This document shows positions 11,132 through 23,903 of a stretch of 64,000 nucleotides of DNA, one piece after another. The position numbers and the translations under genes were made by a program. The stretch's first letter is position 1. Each line of letters opens with the position of its first letter. The notes under the pieces were generated by a model, which saw only the letters and a list, made by a program, of their open reading frames with translations, had not been told where the DNA came from and made no database searches. This DNA comes from Podarcis bocagei (taxonomy: Eukaryota): NCBI GenBank assembly GCA_964188305.1, contig OZ076895.1; one strand, 5' to 3'.

Positions 11132-12979
11132 GTAAGTATATATCTTTTGCATTGTCTATAAAATATTTTGAATTATCAAATGATTACCAGAGCCAGTAAC
11201 CATCTCATGATAGCTTCTAACCAGGGTTGACAGGTTTTAAGTAAAGCTTCCGTTGTAACCTTCTTACTTGGGAGCAGGCTCCATTGAATTCCAGAAATCT
11301 TGAAGTCTCTGGGCAGATGGGGATATGATAGGCCACAGCATTTGAACCAGGCTGTCATCAACCGTGGATTGTTGTGCAGCTGGTGAAAAAGTTGTCCATG
11401 CTTGGAGGTCCACAGGACCCCTCCCCACAGAGGCTCACCATGATGCACTCCATAAGGTGGACATGACTGGCCCCCTTCCTGCACTGACCAAACAAGGATG
11501 CAGCTGTGGCATGCATCAGTTGTGGGGGTGGGGTTAGCCTCGGTGTGTGTCCCCACCACAATTATTTCAGCATGTGGAAGGTGTGTGTTGAATGAACCTG
11601 CCTTCTGTTTTTTCTGCACCTGAATAAAAACCCAGCTTGCCTTATTTTATTAATGCTAGCATTAAATCACCGAAGCAAATTTGTTAGTATCTGTTTGAAA
11701 GGCTTTTCTGTCTTGCTGGGCATGAGTAGCGTGCTTGCAAAAGAAATCACATTGCATTGGGCTGTGTTTCTGCTTTCGCCTGCCTGCTGCCTGGACCTCA
11801 GTATTCCTAGCTGGTGATTCAGGATTATTTGTTTGTTTGCTGCATTTATGTCCCATTTTTTCTGCAAAGAGCTTAAGGCAGCATGTATTTTTTGTGCCTC
11901 TCTTGTTTCATCACCACAACGACTCTGCGAGGTAGGTTAGGCTGAGAGTGAGTGGCAGGCCCAAGGTCACTCAGTGAGTTTCATAGCTGAGGGGGGGAGG
12001 GAATTTGAACCCTCCCAGTATGACACCCTACACCGCACTGGCTGCATCATTTTCATCACCTCTATCACCGCATACACAACCACTTCGGAACCTGGAAATT
12101 ATTCTCTGTGTGGGTGGCCAAGTGAGAAAGCAGAAGGGATCCTTGCGCCTTTCACAGTTGTCCACATAAGGGAATTTCAGTGGCTTGCATGTCCAGATAC
12201 ACCTGTTGAAATCTCATTTTCTACACAACCGTGAAATGTTCAGGTGCCAAATGCATAAACAACTCCTGCTGAAATTCCCTCTCTGCCTGCTGTGCTTTCT
12301 CTTGGGGCTCCTTAATTAATAGAGCAGATGTTAAGTGGATGATGAAAGCAGTGGGGTGGTTAAGGAGGAGCAGCTGGACTGCAATAAAACCACAAGTCCC
12401 GGGTAGCTAATTATAGCAGTAATGAACGTCCTAGATCCATCATTCTAGGGGCTTTTTCTAAGAGTCAGTCACCAGGCAGGAAGGAATGATGAAGTATATA
12501 GATGTATAAAATACTAGTTTGCCACCTTTTTGTAGACGGGAGCTTTCCATAGCTGCACAACAATAGGTGAAGCCTTTGCTGATGTGGAAATGCAGTGAAG
12601 GGAAGATGGCCTGCACCTGTTGAATTCTACCTGTTGTGTTAAAGGTACAGAGCCTCTTTTCTTTTTTCTGTTGAAGAAACAAAGCGTCAACGCCATTTAA
12701 AAAAAATGCATTAAAGAAATTGTGTCAATAGTAGCTTTCCAGGTCCATCAACTTACTTACAAATACGCTTACATTTAAGCATCATGGTAGCTGACAACCT
12801 TATAGATTTGGATGAGATCATTCAGATTTGCAACTTTGAGGGGTTTGAATGTATTGAGTTGTATCCTATGTAGCCTTACTTAGAATAGACCTATTGAAAT
12901 CAATGGACATGATTAACTTTCATCTATTGCATATGTAAGTACTTTAATATAAGACTTAATTTTAAAGTGTTTTAATAGA

Positions 12980-13435
12980 CGATTGATTGATTGATTGATT
13001 GATTGATTTAGTACCCCACTCATCTCATTCTGTTGCCTCAACTACTTGGGATGGCTTCCAACATGAAAACGCAATAAAACATTAAACATTATAAACCTCC
13101 CTATACAGGAGTGCATTTAGATGTCTTCTGAAGGTTGCAAACTTATCTCCTTGACATCTGATGGGAGGGCGTTCCACAGGGAACGTGCCACTACTGAGAA
13201 GCCCCTTTGCCTGGTTCTCTCTAACCTCACCTTTTGCAGTGAGGGAACCGCCAGGAGGTCCTTGGAGTTGAACTCTCAGTGTCCGGGCTGAACCATGTGG
13301 GTAGAGATACTCCTTCAGGTTTACAGGGCCATGGCTGTTTAGGGCTTTAAAGGTCACCGTCAACACTTTGAATTGTGCTTGGAAACGTACTGGGAGCCAA
13401 TGTAGGTCTTTCAGGACCGGTGTTATATGGTCCCA
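12980..13435 (-). mobile_element. L2 LINE 3' fragment
   Basis: Minus ORF 13082-13366 (LTVTFKALNSHGPVNLKEYL) is homologous to the L2 C-terminus at 8940-9525. (ATTG)n tail at about 12980-13007. Confidence 0.8.
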
Positions 13436-13594
13436 ACAGAAGCATAGCTCTCTTGCTGTGCTGTGCTGTGCATACTAGATTATTAATGCTTGATGTTTAG
13501 CTGTGCATTTATATTATGTTGGAAGACACTCAGAGTGGCACAAACCTGTCAGATGGATGGGGTATAAATAAATTATTATTATTATTATTATTAA

Positions 13595-13783
13595 ACTTCC
13601 AAAAATGTTTGACAACCAAGGCGCGACTTCGGATTGGCTGCAGGAGCTTCCTGCACTGGAATCCACGTTGGACGTTTTGCTTCCAAAGAACATTTGCAAA
13701 CCGGAACACTCACTTCCAGGTTTGTGGCATTTGGAAGTCAAAACGTTTGAGTTGCAAGGCGTTCAGGATCCAAAGCACGACTG
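13595..13783. mobile_element. Tigger/pogo-like MITE, partial
   Basis: Internal similarity to 16398-16641 (cttccgattgg...cacttccgggttt). Ends ...cacgactg|ta. The left end is replaced by an L2-tail fragment (13515-13593). Confidence 0.55.
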
Positions 13784-14509
13784 TATTTGAAACTAAAAAC
13801 AAGAAGCTTTAACACCACCACTGAATTGTTTCTATTTCTGAAGGGCTCTGGACTAAGAATTTTTGGACTGAATAAAAGAAAGGCACATTTGTGCAATGCA
13901 CCAAGGGATATTTAATGACCTCATAAAGTAGATGGGACCTCAAAGCTTGCCAGAGACAACAGAGCTTGAAATATTAGAGGGAAAACAGAAAAGCCGAAAA
14001 GCCCTGATTGTTAACTTCTTCCTTCTCAGTGGAGACTGGCAGGGTGGAAGGCAGAGATGCCAACAGGTAGTGGAGCCAGAGCAGATGGCTGGTTGAACTA
14101 GAGCCAGCATGTCCAGTGGTTAGGGGTGATGGGTATTTTAGTTTAGCAACATTTTGAGAGCCAGAAGTCCCCTTCTCCTGCCCTAAAACTTTCAAATTCC
14201 AGAAATAGCCTGTGACCAGAAATGGCAGTAATAAACTTTTGAGGAGGGGTGTCTTTCCCCAGATAGAGATAGCAATGTGGGTGGCAGTTCTGCTTCCAGA
14301 AATGTTGCACACGGATATTGCATGTAAGCTTTGAAAGTTAATAGCTGCCAACTTGTTTTTTGTAATTTTAATTTGCTTTAAGCTTCTTAAAATATTGGGT
14401 TTAATATTACTGTGTTTTAATTGTTGTAACACACCCTGGGACCTTAGGGGGAAGGGCAGGTAATAAATTGTAGTAGTAGTAATTATTAATGTGTGTGGTG
14501 ATGACGATG

Positions 14510-14712
14510 ACAACAATAACAACAATTTTATTATTTGTACCCCACCCATCTGACTGGGTTGCCCCAGCCACTCCGGGCAGCTTCCAACAAATATAAAAGC
14601 ATAATAAAACGTCAAACATTAAAAACTTCCCCATACAATGCTGCCTTCAGATGTCTTCTAAAAGTTGTATAGTTATTTACCTCTTTGACATCTAATGTGA
14701 GGGTGCTCCAAT
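14510..14712 (-). mobile_element. L2 3'-end fragment
   Basis: ttattatttgtaccccacccatctgactgggttgccccagccactccgggcagcttccaac... Related pieces at 13515-13593, 17466-17630 and 45790-45892. Confidence 0.7.
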
Positions 14713-14923
14713 AGCCACACATCATAGCAACCAGAGTTGTGATTTTGTTAAAGTAGTCTTTACAGTCGAGAGCTTTCAACTTTGCATTTAGGAATTCATG
14801 AGAATGCTTTGCCTCCTGCTGGGAACAAATAGATCAGCCCTGCCAGATGTTTTGGACGGCAACGCCCATTACCCCCAGCCCACACAAGCTATCAGTATTC
14901 GCTAAGGTATTTCTTGAGTGTTT

Positions 14924-15277
14924 AAAAGGTAAAGGTAAAGGTACCCCTGCCCGTACGGGCCAGTCTTGACAGACTCTAGGGTTGTGCGCTCATCTCACTC
15001 TATAGGCCGGGAGCCAGCGCTATCCACAGACACTTCTGGGTCACGTGGCCAGCGTGACGAAGCTGCTCTGGCGAGCCAGAGCCACACACGGAAACGCCGT
15101 TTACCTTCCCGCTAGTAAGCGGTCCCTATTTATCTACTTGCACCCGGGGGTGCTTTCAAACTGCTAGGTTGGCAGGCGCTGGGACCGAGCAACCCCGCCG
15201 TGGGGATTCGAACCGCCGACCATGCGATTGGCAAGTCCTAGGCGCTGAGGTTTTACCCACAGCGCCACCCGCATCCC
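14924..15277 (-). mobile_element. Sauria SINE, divergent subfamily
   Basis: (aaaggt)3 tail, variant 3' region (cctgcccgtacgggccagtc), head ...cagcgccacccgcatccc. Confidence 0.93.
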
Positions 15278-15700
15278 ATTTACATTCACAAAATCTTTAG
15301 ACATTTCACAGAGTGTTTAGACATTCACAAAATCTGACTGGGATTGTTGACGGACGCATGTGAATACTGACCTTCCCCAAAGTTTGGAGATTGGCTGTAA
15401 TATATAAACTGCCACAGTAATAATTCCTACAATACTTATCTCTGGAGAGGAGAATGCTATGCAGAAATGTTCCCCAAGGACTCATGTTCACAAACCTCCC
15501 CTTTTTGTCCTTCATTCAGTGCTTCTCTGCAGGCCTTGAGGCCCCTGGCAAAGTTATGGTGGGGTTCATGTGTCCTGTTTCACCATGGACAGTCCTCTAT
15601 TTGAAGGGCTGCCTGAGAAAGGAAAGCAGGGGCACTGAAGTTACCCATCGAAAGTATAACCTCCACTGTAGTGAAAAGTACTACATTTCTATTTAAATTA

Positions 15701-15925
15701 CAGTGGTACCTCTGGTTACGTACTTAATTTGTTCTGGAGGTCCGTTCTTAACCTGAAGCACCACTTTAGCTAATGGGGCCTCCCACTGCTGCCGTGCCGC
15801 CGGAGCACAATTTCTGTTCTCATCCTGAAGCAAAGTTCTTAACCTGAGGTACTATTTCTGGGTTAGCGGAGTCTGTAACCTGAACCGTATGTAACCTGAA
15901 GTGTATGTAACCTGAGGTACCATTG
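15701..15925. mobile_element. Tigger/pogo-like MITE
   Basis: TIR cagtggtacctc...gaggtaccattg with TA TSD. Reverse complement of the copies at 30032 and 52968. Confidence 0.9.
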
Positions 15926-15934
15926 TATAGTCAT

Positions 15935-16085
15935 CATTTCTGGTCTAAGAGCCTGGGCAGTGTGTGGAGGTTCTGGGCTGCCCAAACGACAAGACCCCCT
16001 TCTCGGTCTCACTGATGTGGTCCAAAGGAAAACAGAGCAGTTTGTTTGATGTCCTCTTGGCTGCAGGAGTTGTTGGAAGGAGGTT
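15935..16085 (+). mobile_element. Possible RTE-clade LINE 5' region fragment
   Basis: gaggttctgggctgcccaaacgacaagacccc...gatgtggtccaaaggaaaacagagc...gctgcaggagttg resembles recalled RTE 5' sequence. No TSD seen. Confidence 0.35.
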
Positions 16086-16397
16086 ACAGTTCCTCTTTTT
16101 TGGCGAGGCATATGCGACACCCCCCTCATAAAGTGCCCTCTAGTGAGCTCCTTCCTCTGTTGGTAAGCCCGCTTGGCTTGCTTGGCTGCAGCTGCACTCT
16201 GAGCAACACTCCCAAGGACTACCAGATGTTTGAGAGCCTCATTACGTTTCAACGTCCACAATAGTCCAGAGTCATACTGCATCAGGGGCCTTGTGGGAAA
16301 TGCCTGGAGCCTGGAGCTGCTTGGGGCAGCTATGACTTTTTCCTCTTTCTGTCAGCAGAAGGCTCAAGGAAGTAGGAGAATGAGTTATTGGCAAATA

Positions 16398-16641
16398 CAG
16401 TCAAACCTTGGTTGTCGAACGTAATCCGTTCTGGAAGACCGTTCGACTTCTGAAACATTCGACAACAGAGGCGCAGCTTCCGATTGGTTGGAAGAACTTC
16501 TTGCACATAAGCAAAAAAACCTGCGTCGGACATTCAGGTTTCGAGAAATGTTCAAAAACCGGACCATTTACTTCCGGGTTTTCGGCATTTGGGAGCTGAA
16601 ACGTACAATAATGGAGGTGCTCGGGAACCGAGGTTTGACTG
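16398..16641. mobile_element. Tigger/pogo-like MITE
   Basis: TIR cagtcaaaccttggtt...aaccgaggtttgactg with TA TSD. Confidence 0.88.
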
Positions 16642-16728
16642 TAGAAGTTTAACTATCGACAGAAAGGGTTGGGTGGGGAATTTAAAACCGAGTTTCAACA
16701 ATCTATTTTGTCATTTATGTCATTGCAG

Positions 16729-16764
16729 AACAGAAGAGTCAGTGTCAGAAGATGACAAGAGGAG
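16729..16764 (+). CDS. C12orf75: OCC-1 microprotein, internal coding exon (equivalent to exon 3), 36 nt
   Basis: Acceptor tttatgtcattgcag| and donor |gtatgt. Encodes (V)[11 protein letters not shown](R), nearly identical to the recalled OCC-1 motif TEESVTEDDKRR. Confidence 0.93.
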
Positions 16765-17734
16765 GTATGTTGCTGTGGATTGGGGTGAAGTTGTACGATC
16801 CAAAATGGATTTCCGTTTCATGAGGAAAGAACACAGGGAAAGGGATGGTTTTTAGGTTATTATCCCAAACCAACAACTGTATTTTGGTTTAGTTGCATGA
16901 GCAGAGATTCCTAGAGAGTTTAGCTGCACACGCCCCCCAATATATTGTTGTCATCTCAACCTCTGCTTTACCCCCTGATGCTGGGAAACAGTCATAGCAC
17001 AGAAGCAAATTAAGGACCTTTCTTAGAGTAAACAATGATGCAAAGAAGGCCTGTGAGAGGCCACATTCTTTAAACAGAATGTTTGATGGAAAACTGCTGT
17101 AGGTTATTCAAAGAGACTCTTAAGAGGGGAGGCTACAGGGTTAGAGCCCTTCCTCCAATTAGCTGAGCCTCCCTCCGCATGTTGATCAGGCAAACAAGAT
17201 GGCTGCGGTAGTGAACCGTCAATTGGTAATAGTCAATTGATCGGTTGGCGCAGTCCGTTTTCTATGACCAGCTGCACAGTCTGGCTTGCTATGCCTTGAG
17301 AGCTGAAGTCTGCTGTGGATGGAGAAACTGAGCTACTTTCTTGAGAGGGAGAGTTGAGGCTGAGAAGAAAGAGGCTGAGCCTTAAATAGTGAGCTGCTTC
17401 TGCCATTCTGTATAACATTCAAGAACTGTGTCTTATCTGTATTGTTGGGATCCATTTTGAATTTATATAATAATAATAATAATTTATTATTTATACCCTG
17501 CCCATCTGGCTGGGTTTCCCCAGCCACTCTGGGCGGCTTCCAACCGAATATTAAAAACAATACAGTGTCAGACATGAAAACTTCCCTAAACAGGGCCACC
17601 TTCAGTTGTCTTTTAAAAGTAAAATAGTTGTTTAATTTTTAATTTAATTTAATTTTTAATGCAAGACTGGGTCACCTTGAGCAAGGGGTAGATCCCAAAC
17701 AGGCAAAACGGAGACTGGAGGAGGCAGATTGCTT

Positions 17735-18055
17735 AGAATCATAGAATCGTGGAAATTGGAAGGGACCCCAGATATCAGCTAGTCCGACCCTCAGCTAAAG
17801 AATCCTTGACAGATGGCCACCCAACCTCTGCTTAAAAACCTCCAATGAAGGAGAGTCCACCACCTTCTGAGGGAGTCTCTTCCACTTTCAAACAGCTCTT
17901 ACCACCAGAAAATTCCTCCTAATGTTTAGTTGGAATCTTCTTGTAATTTGAACCCATTGGTTTGGGTCCTACACTCCAGAGCAGGAGAAAACAAGCTTGC
18001 TCCGTCTTCCATGTTGCAGCCCTTCAGATACTTGAAGACTGCTATCATATCTCTT
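17735..18055 (-). mobile_element. CR1 LINE 3' end
   Basis: agaatcatagaatc (reverse of the CR1 attctatg tail) followed by ...ccaacctctgcttaaaaacctccaatgaaggagagtccaccacc... Confidence 0.85.
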
Positions 18056-18355
18056 CCGAAAAGCTGCATGATCTAGCATATTGAATTTTACCTCTGCAAT
18101 GAACACACAAGGTCACCTAAAGCAAGCTACTCCCTTCCACTCTCTGTCTCCCCCCTCTTACATGATGGATGGTAATAATGCTAACTTGGATTGGGTTGTT
18201 GTGCCGATTGCAACCAGCTAACACGTGTGAAATGCTTTCAACACTTGAAAAGTCCTATACAAACGTTAAAGTAGTTAATTTTGCTGCTATTAGTATTAGG
18301 TATACTCTCAGTTTAAGTTATGGTTTTCATGTCGGTGTTTTTCCATTCCATTAAG

Positions 18356-18435
18356 GAACTATGGAGGTGTTTATGTGGGTCTCCCAGCTGATGCAGCTAC
18401 CAAGATTTCCACCCAGTCAAAGACGGCGTCTCAAG
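18356..18435 (+). CDS. C12orf75: OCC-1 microprotein, coding exon (equivalent to exon 4), 80 nt
   Basis: Acceptor ttttccattccattaag| and donor |gtactt. Encodes (R)[36 protein letters not shown] is the OCC-1 signature. In frame with the two upstream exons. Confidence 0.93.
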
Positions 18436-18958
18436 GTACTTCTTAAAAAGGTGTGTGCTTTTAGTGTTTCCAGTGTGCTAGCATCTCTAATTTATCATAG
18501 CGCTAAGATAGTTGTTTTGGTGTTTGAAACTGTTAACCAATTAGAAGCCATTTGGTATATAACCAACCAACCAACCAAGAAACAAACAAACAAATAAGGC
18601 AGCTATGTTCACTGCTTAGATTGTATTAGATCAGTCTGGTGAAGGCTGTATTAGATGATCACTTTTGTTCAATGACTACCAAGCACTGTAGCATCTGCGA
18701 GGGTCCTTTCCAAAGCCTAGTTAGTGCTCTCCCAGCTTTCGGAAGGAGGGCTCTAGGATCCTGCCAGAGCCTCACACCTCCTTCCCAAAGCCCAGTGCCC
18801 ACTTAGCCAGCTTTGAGAAAGCAGTGTGAGGGCTGGGGGAGGGCATCAAATTTTGGCCTCACTCCCCCCATCCCACATGACAAGGGTTCCACATCAAAGT
18901 ATTCTCTGAATAGTTGGGCCGTGCTAATATAGTTTTAACACCATTTGAGATGCTGGAG

Positions 18959-19320
18959 CAGGGGTGAGGAACCTCTTTCAGCCTGAGGGCTGCATTCCAA
19001 CATGGACAACCTTTGGGGGGGCACAGTGGGCGGGGCCAGAGGGAAGAGTGAGCAGAGCAACAGATGTGCCTTTTATCTTTGTGCAGTAGTCCACATTTGT
19101 TCTATGCAAAATTCAGAGATTTCTAAACACACACACACACATTCATTCTCCATCAACGTCAGCAGGAGCCATTAATCACAGTTCAAGGACATATTCCAGC
19201 CAGGCAAAAACACTTGTGGACTAGCACAGAGTAGGGCTGGTGAGGTGTGTAGCCTGAGGAAAGTCCTGAGGGCTGGGCAGAGATGCTTGAAGGGTCTGGG
19301 TCTGAGGTTTCCCATCTCTG
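18959..19320. mobile_element. Old hAT/Charlie-like MITE
   Basis: Imperfect TIRs caggggtgaggaacctc...gaggtttcccatctctg; TSD degenerate. Confidence 0.55.
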
Positions 19321-19552
19321 CTCTTGAGTGCCTATGACCTCATTGTAATTGCCCCATGCACAGTATATGCATGCTTCCTACATCACCACTGTGAGTCTTC
19401 AATCTGCTTTCTTTAATTTATATCTGGTTTAAGTTTTACATATGGGTGACCGTGACAAATGGGGGTTGCGAAATTTCCCCTAGCAGACTTTGCCAGCTGG
19501 AAAAGCATGATGTAAATAAAACAAATAAACTACTAAATGGGTTAGGGCTGTA

Positions 19553-19793
19553 CAGTGGTACCTCGGTTTTCAAATGTCCTGGAAGCTGAACGTTTCGGTT
19601 TTTGAATGCCAAACACCCGGAAGTAAATGCTTCCGTTTTCGAACGTGCCTCAGAAGTTGAATGGCTTCCACTGCGTGGACATGTTATTTCCCCCCGTTTT
19701 CTGTAGACCGCCCTTTGCGACTCAGTTTTCAAACGTTTTGGAAGTTGAGCAGTCTTCCGGAAGGGATTATGTTCGAAAACCAAGGTACCATTG
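19553..19793. mobile_element. Tigger/pogo-like MITE
   Basis: TIR cagtggtacctcggttttc...gaaaaccaaggtaccattg with TA TSD. Confidence 0.88.
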
Positions 19794-19916
19794 TAACTGT
19801 ATCAAATGTGAATCTTCAGGGCATTTCTACTTCAATCACAACTGGCCCGCTTGAAAGTTCTTTCACCCCCTGGATTATGGTCCTTATTACTCATGCAACA
19901 TTTCCCTCCCAATCAG

Positions 19917-20700
19917 TTATCTGCGTAGACCATTCTTCGCAATGGAATTCAGAGCTGCCTTTCGGCTGAAGATTTGCATAGCCAGAAGCATGAAGCCACC
20001 AAAAAGCTTCTTGGCAGTGAAAGTTACAACGGCAGATCAAGAAGCTGGATGCTCAAAATGGAACTGAAGCATAGGACTGTGATTTATGGATCTTTTTGAT
20101 GTCCTCCGGTCAGCGTTAATTAACAGATGGGTATTTCTGCACAAAAAGCTGATGCAGTTGATCGCCAGCACTTTGGCCGTACTACAGAGTCTACGGATGA
20201 CAATAGATCTGTTTTTTTCATTTGGCTACTTTTGATAGCTTTTATATAACAAGACCAATACTGCTGTTCACGCAAGTGTTCCTAGGCTAAGGTTAGTGCA
20301 AATGAACTATTGATTTACTCCAGAGTAATATATTTGAGTAATATATGCAGGCTACTGCTGTGGGAAATAGGAGTTAGGTATCAATAGGCATTGTCAGCTA
20401 TTTCTAATTACACCCTACTTTTATACTGTTAACCTGCCACTGATGTTGACATATCACTTTTTAGAAGTGTAGGAATTGTTCAGGAAAAATTATTTTGCCA
20501 GAAATATATTCAATGAGTTGCCAGTCTACTTACTACCTACTAACGAACTGTCATTTATTTCAGTGAGATGCTAACTTGCCTGCCTACCTTTCTTTATTTT
20601 GTTTTAGTGGCTGAAAATAACCTCTACTTTTACCAAACAATCATGTGCTGTGTCTTTCATTTTACATACAGATAATAATGATATATGTAAATTATTATTA
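19917..20700 (+). other. C12orf75: Candidate terminal (3'UTR) exon of OCC-1; 3' limit uncertain
   Basis: Branch-like tactcat, then a pyrimidine tract catttccctcccaatcag| ending at 19916, followed by repeat-free AT-rich sequence. No unambiguous polyA signal identified. Confidence 0.35.
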
Positions 20701-23519
20701 TTATTATTTTAAAAAATGAACAGAAGACAATGGCAGGAAGGAACTTGCAAGTGCTGCAGCCAGGCAAATGCTACTCATTTCTTGCAATGAATTTCCATGT
20801 AAGTTCCATTGAACTAAATGGCACCTGTTCAGCCACAGTCCTTGATGGGCCGTAATCAGCGCAAAGCTTTATAGAGATGATCAAACCTCGAGTTCTGCAC
20901 ACCTCTTAAATCTGGAGGTGTTCTGATCAGCATCAGAGTTGGTATCTTAATCTTGTTAATGGCAACATTTCATTATGTGAAACTTCATCCCAACATTTCA
21001 TTCCAACCTCTGCCTTTTATATACCATCCCGTTAAATGTTTTCAAACACAGTTAACTTCATACTGGTGATCTTTCAGGGTAGCACCACTCAGTGTTTCTG
21101 CATGGCTGAATATGATGTATTAAATTATTGAAGCATTTTTGCATAACTCTTGTGCTGTCCTTTCTGTTTTGAAGATGGCACCTGCCCCACCAGCTCACTC
21201 CCATCGTACTCATGATGATTCTGAAATGATCTGATGGACTGCAGTGCTGTGGACCACTTAGTGAATCATGAGCACATACACAGGGCAGGAGTGTAAAGAG
21301 ATTTAGCTGTAGGGCCACTGTATGACGCTAATAGGTGTTGCACATTATAGGCAACTGCCTTAAACCAAGCCATCTATTCCAGTGTTGTCTATTCTGACTG
21401 GCAACAGCTTTCCAGGCTCTCAGGGAATTAAGTCTTCCATGTGGCAGTTTATTGTGGACTCAGTTCTGCTCATGCATACAATTTCCCCCCATAGCATTCA
21501 CACGACATCCTCATGAAAATGCCACCCCATATCCCTCCCCAGTCAGGAGCGATTGTTTCAACAGCCTGAGCCATTTGGATGCTCCAGAGGTCGACCAGGG
21601 CTTTGACAGGAGCGCCAGTCATATTAACACCCTTAGCAAACCACAATTCCCAGGGTTATTTTGAGGAAGCCATGGCTGTTTCAAGTGGCATGGCACTGTT
21701 TTAAATGTATTATACAGATGGGGCCTTATTATTTGTAAGTGCAGTCTGGTCATAAATTGCCAGGATGAAATAACTTTTGCTGTTTTGTGAAAAAGGCTAC
21801 TGTGGAATGTCAGGCGAAAGGAAGCCTTTAACCAGGGGCTTTTCTTTTAAAGAGGAGATTCTCTCACACCAGGGAGCAGAACATGCCAGTCATAAATCCT
21901 GCATTTCCAGTGTTGTGGAGAATTTGTCTTCTGCACTTTCCCATACATTTTTACTATCTAGATAACACTTGCTTTTAGGGAGACACCAAAGAAGATCTCA
22001 GTGTACAAAGAATATATGATTTATAGAAATACAGAAGCAATGTCATATTTTAAGTAGTAAAGTGCTTTACAAGGGAGGCCAAACTCTCTAAGGCAGACAG
22101 TCCTTTGTCTCCCAGTCATACTTTCTGTGGTGCAAAGAGGAAGTTTAATCCTAGTTATAGGTTCTGGAACAAGGATTATGTTAGAAATGCCAGAATATGC
22201 AATGTTCTTTGAAGGCTTATGGTCTAAAATGCCACCCCTAATGCAACTCTCTGTCTCTTGTTAACCACTGTTCACTTTCAATGTTGTCTTTGAATTTCTG
22301 TCAAATAAGGAATCCTTTTTTTCCTGCTCTTGAAGTCTCCATTACTGGTTTTCCTAATCTTGAAGATATGGATATTTTGAAGTTCAATTCTGGGGAAGAA
22401 GGGGGGGCAGAGATGAGGGGAAATCATATTGCATGTAGAAATGGGTACTGTCTACATTCTCTGGATCAGTCTCAAACCCATCATGTCTCTACTTGCAGCC
22501 TCTTTCTGCTCCAGGCTCTGCTTCCTAGTCCTTGTGACAAACAGATCCTAGTAATGATAACGGTAAACATCAACAATTCTGGAAATGGAGGGTAGTGCCA
22601 CATGTGCAGTCTCTTCCTGTCACGCCCACTTGCCCAGGAAGGGTGCACAAATCATGCACTCATGCACAAAACCAATGGACATTATTTTTTTTATTTTTGG
22701 AACCACACTCAACAGGGCAACTGGAGATTCACACACACAAAGCCAGTCATACCTGTTAAAAACTATGAAATTAGCAAGCCTAAATATGAAGCTACTAAAG
22801 AAGAAACAACCATAAGAAGGGACCATTGGGTGACAGATATTAGCAGCCTGAATATATTAATTCAAATTTGGTGTGAACAACCCACCTTGCTTTGGAGGAG
22901 GGGTCCACCAGCTATGGTCTGCACACCAGATTCAGGTGGTCCATAGCATTTCCACATTGCATATTCCTATTGATTGTATTTTTATTGCTTCTTTTCTTTC
23001 TTATGCTGCATTTTATTGTATTGCAATTCGAATATGAAATGCAGTAGAATAAAATATAATTTAAGAAATAAAAGAAGCAGTAAAATTACAATTACAGATC
23101 ATACAACGTCCAGCAACAGCAGATTATGATTGCTGCAGCAACAAACAGAAAAAAAACAAACCATCACCAATTTTCAAGTGGTCCATGGGAGTGGGGGGGG
23201 GGTGAGTTTGGGAACCACTGCTGTAGATAACTTGTTCACATCTAGCAGGATTTGTGAAAATCTAGTACTGCAACTTCTGAAATGCATTATTTGCACTTTC
23301 CCAGCAGAGGGCGGAAGAGCTCCAGCAACAGCAGTAAAACTGGCTTCGGTTGGTCGCCAGGAACACACACTGAGGTCTATGTGTGTCTGCTTTGGAAAAC
23401 TTGACGGAATATGACTTTTGATTTATTCTAGGTGTGTTATTCCACCCCACCCTTCTCAAAATTATTTTAACCAGGGGCTCTACAGGATCATCAAGTGTGG
23501 GAAGCCTGTAGCCCTCCAG

Positions 23520-23782
23520 AAGTTTTCTCCTGCTCCAGAGGGTAGGACTCGATCCAGTGGATTCAAATTAAAAGAAAGGTGATTCTGACTAAACACAAGG
23601 AAGAACTTTCTGACAGGAAGAGCTGCTTGACGGTGCAACGGACTCCATCGGGAGGCTGTGGACTAGCATTCAATGGAGGATTTGAAGCAGAGGTTGGATG
23701 GTCATCTGTCATGAGAGTCCTGCTTTGCAGGACATTGGACTCGATGACTCCTGGGGTCCCATCTAACTCTAAGATTCTATGT
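23520..23782 (+). mobile_element. CR1 LINE 3' end
   Basis: ...gaactttctgacagg...tttgaagcagaggttggatggtcatctgtc...ctaactctaagattctatg. Other CR1 pieces at 26540-26615 (+), 41320-41725 (+) and 62194-62340 (-). Confidence 0.8.
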
Positions 23783-23903
23783 TGTTGGCCTTTAACTTGC
23801 ATCAGCCTCAGCGAGCGCAATGAATGGTCAGAGTTGAGGGGAGCTGTGGTCCAGCAACATCTGGTTCCACACCCTCTTTTGCCTTGGTCTTTAACTCAAA
23901 GCG

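Noticed and set aside
13974-14615. Longest ORF in the track (213 aa)
   Set aside because: Runs through L2 tails, microsatellite-like sequence and a MITE; no homology or coding-like composition.
19364-19390. Possible OCC-1 exon ending at the strong donor gtgagt (19391)
   Set aside because: Weak acceptor, no in-frame stop and no similarity to OCC-1 C-termini.
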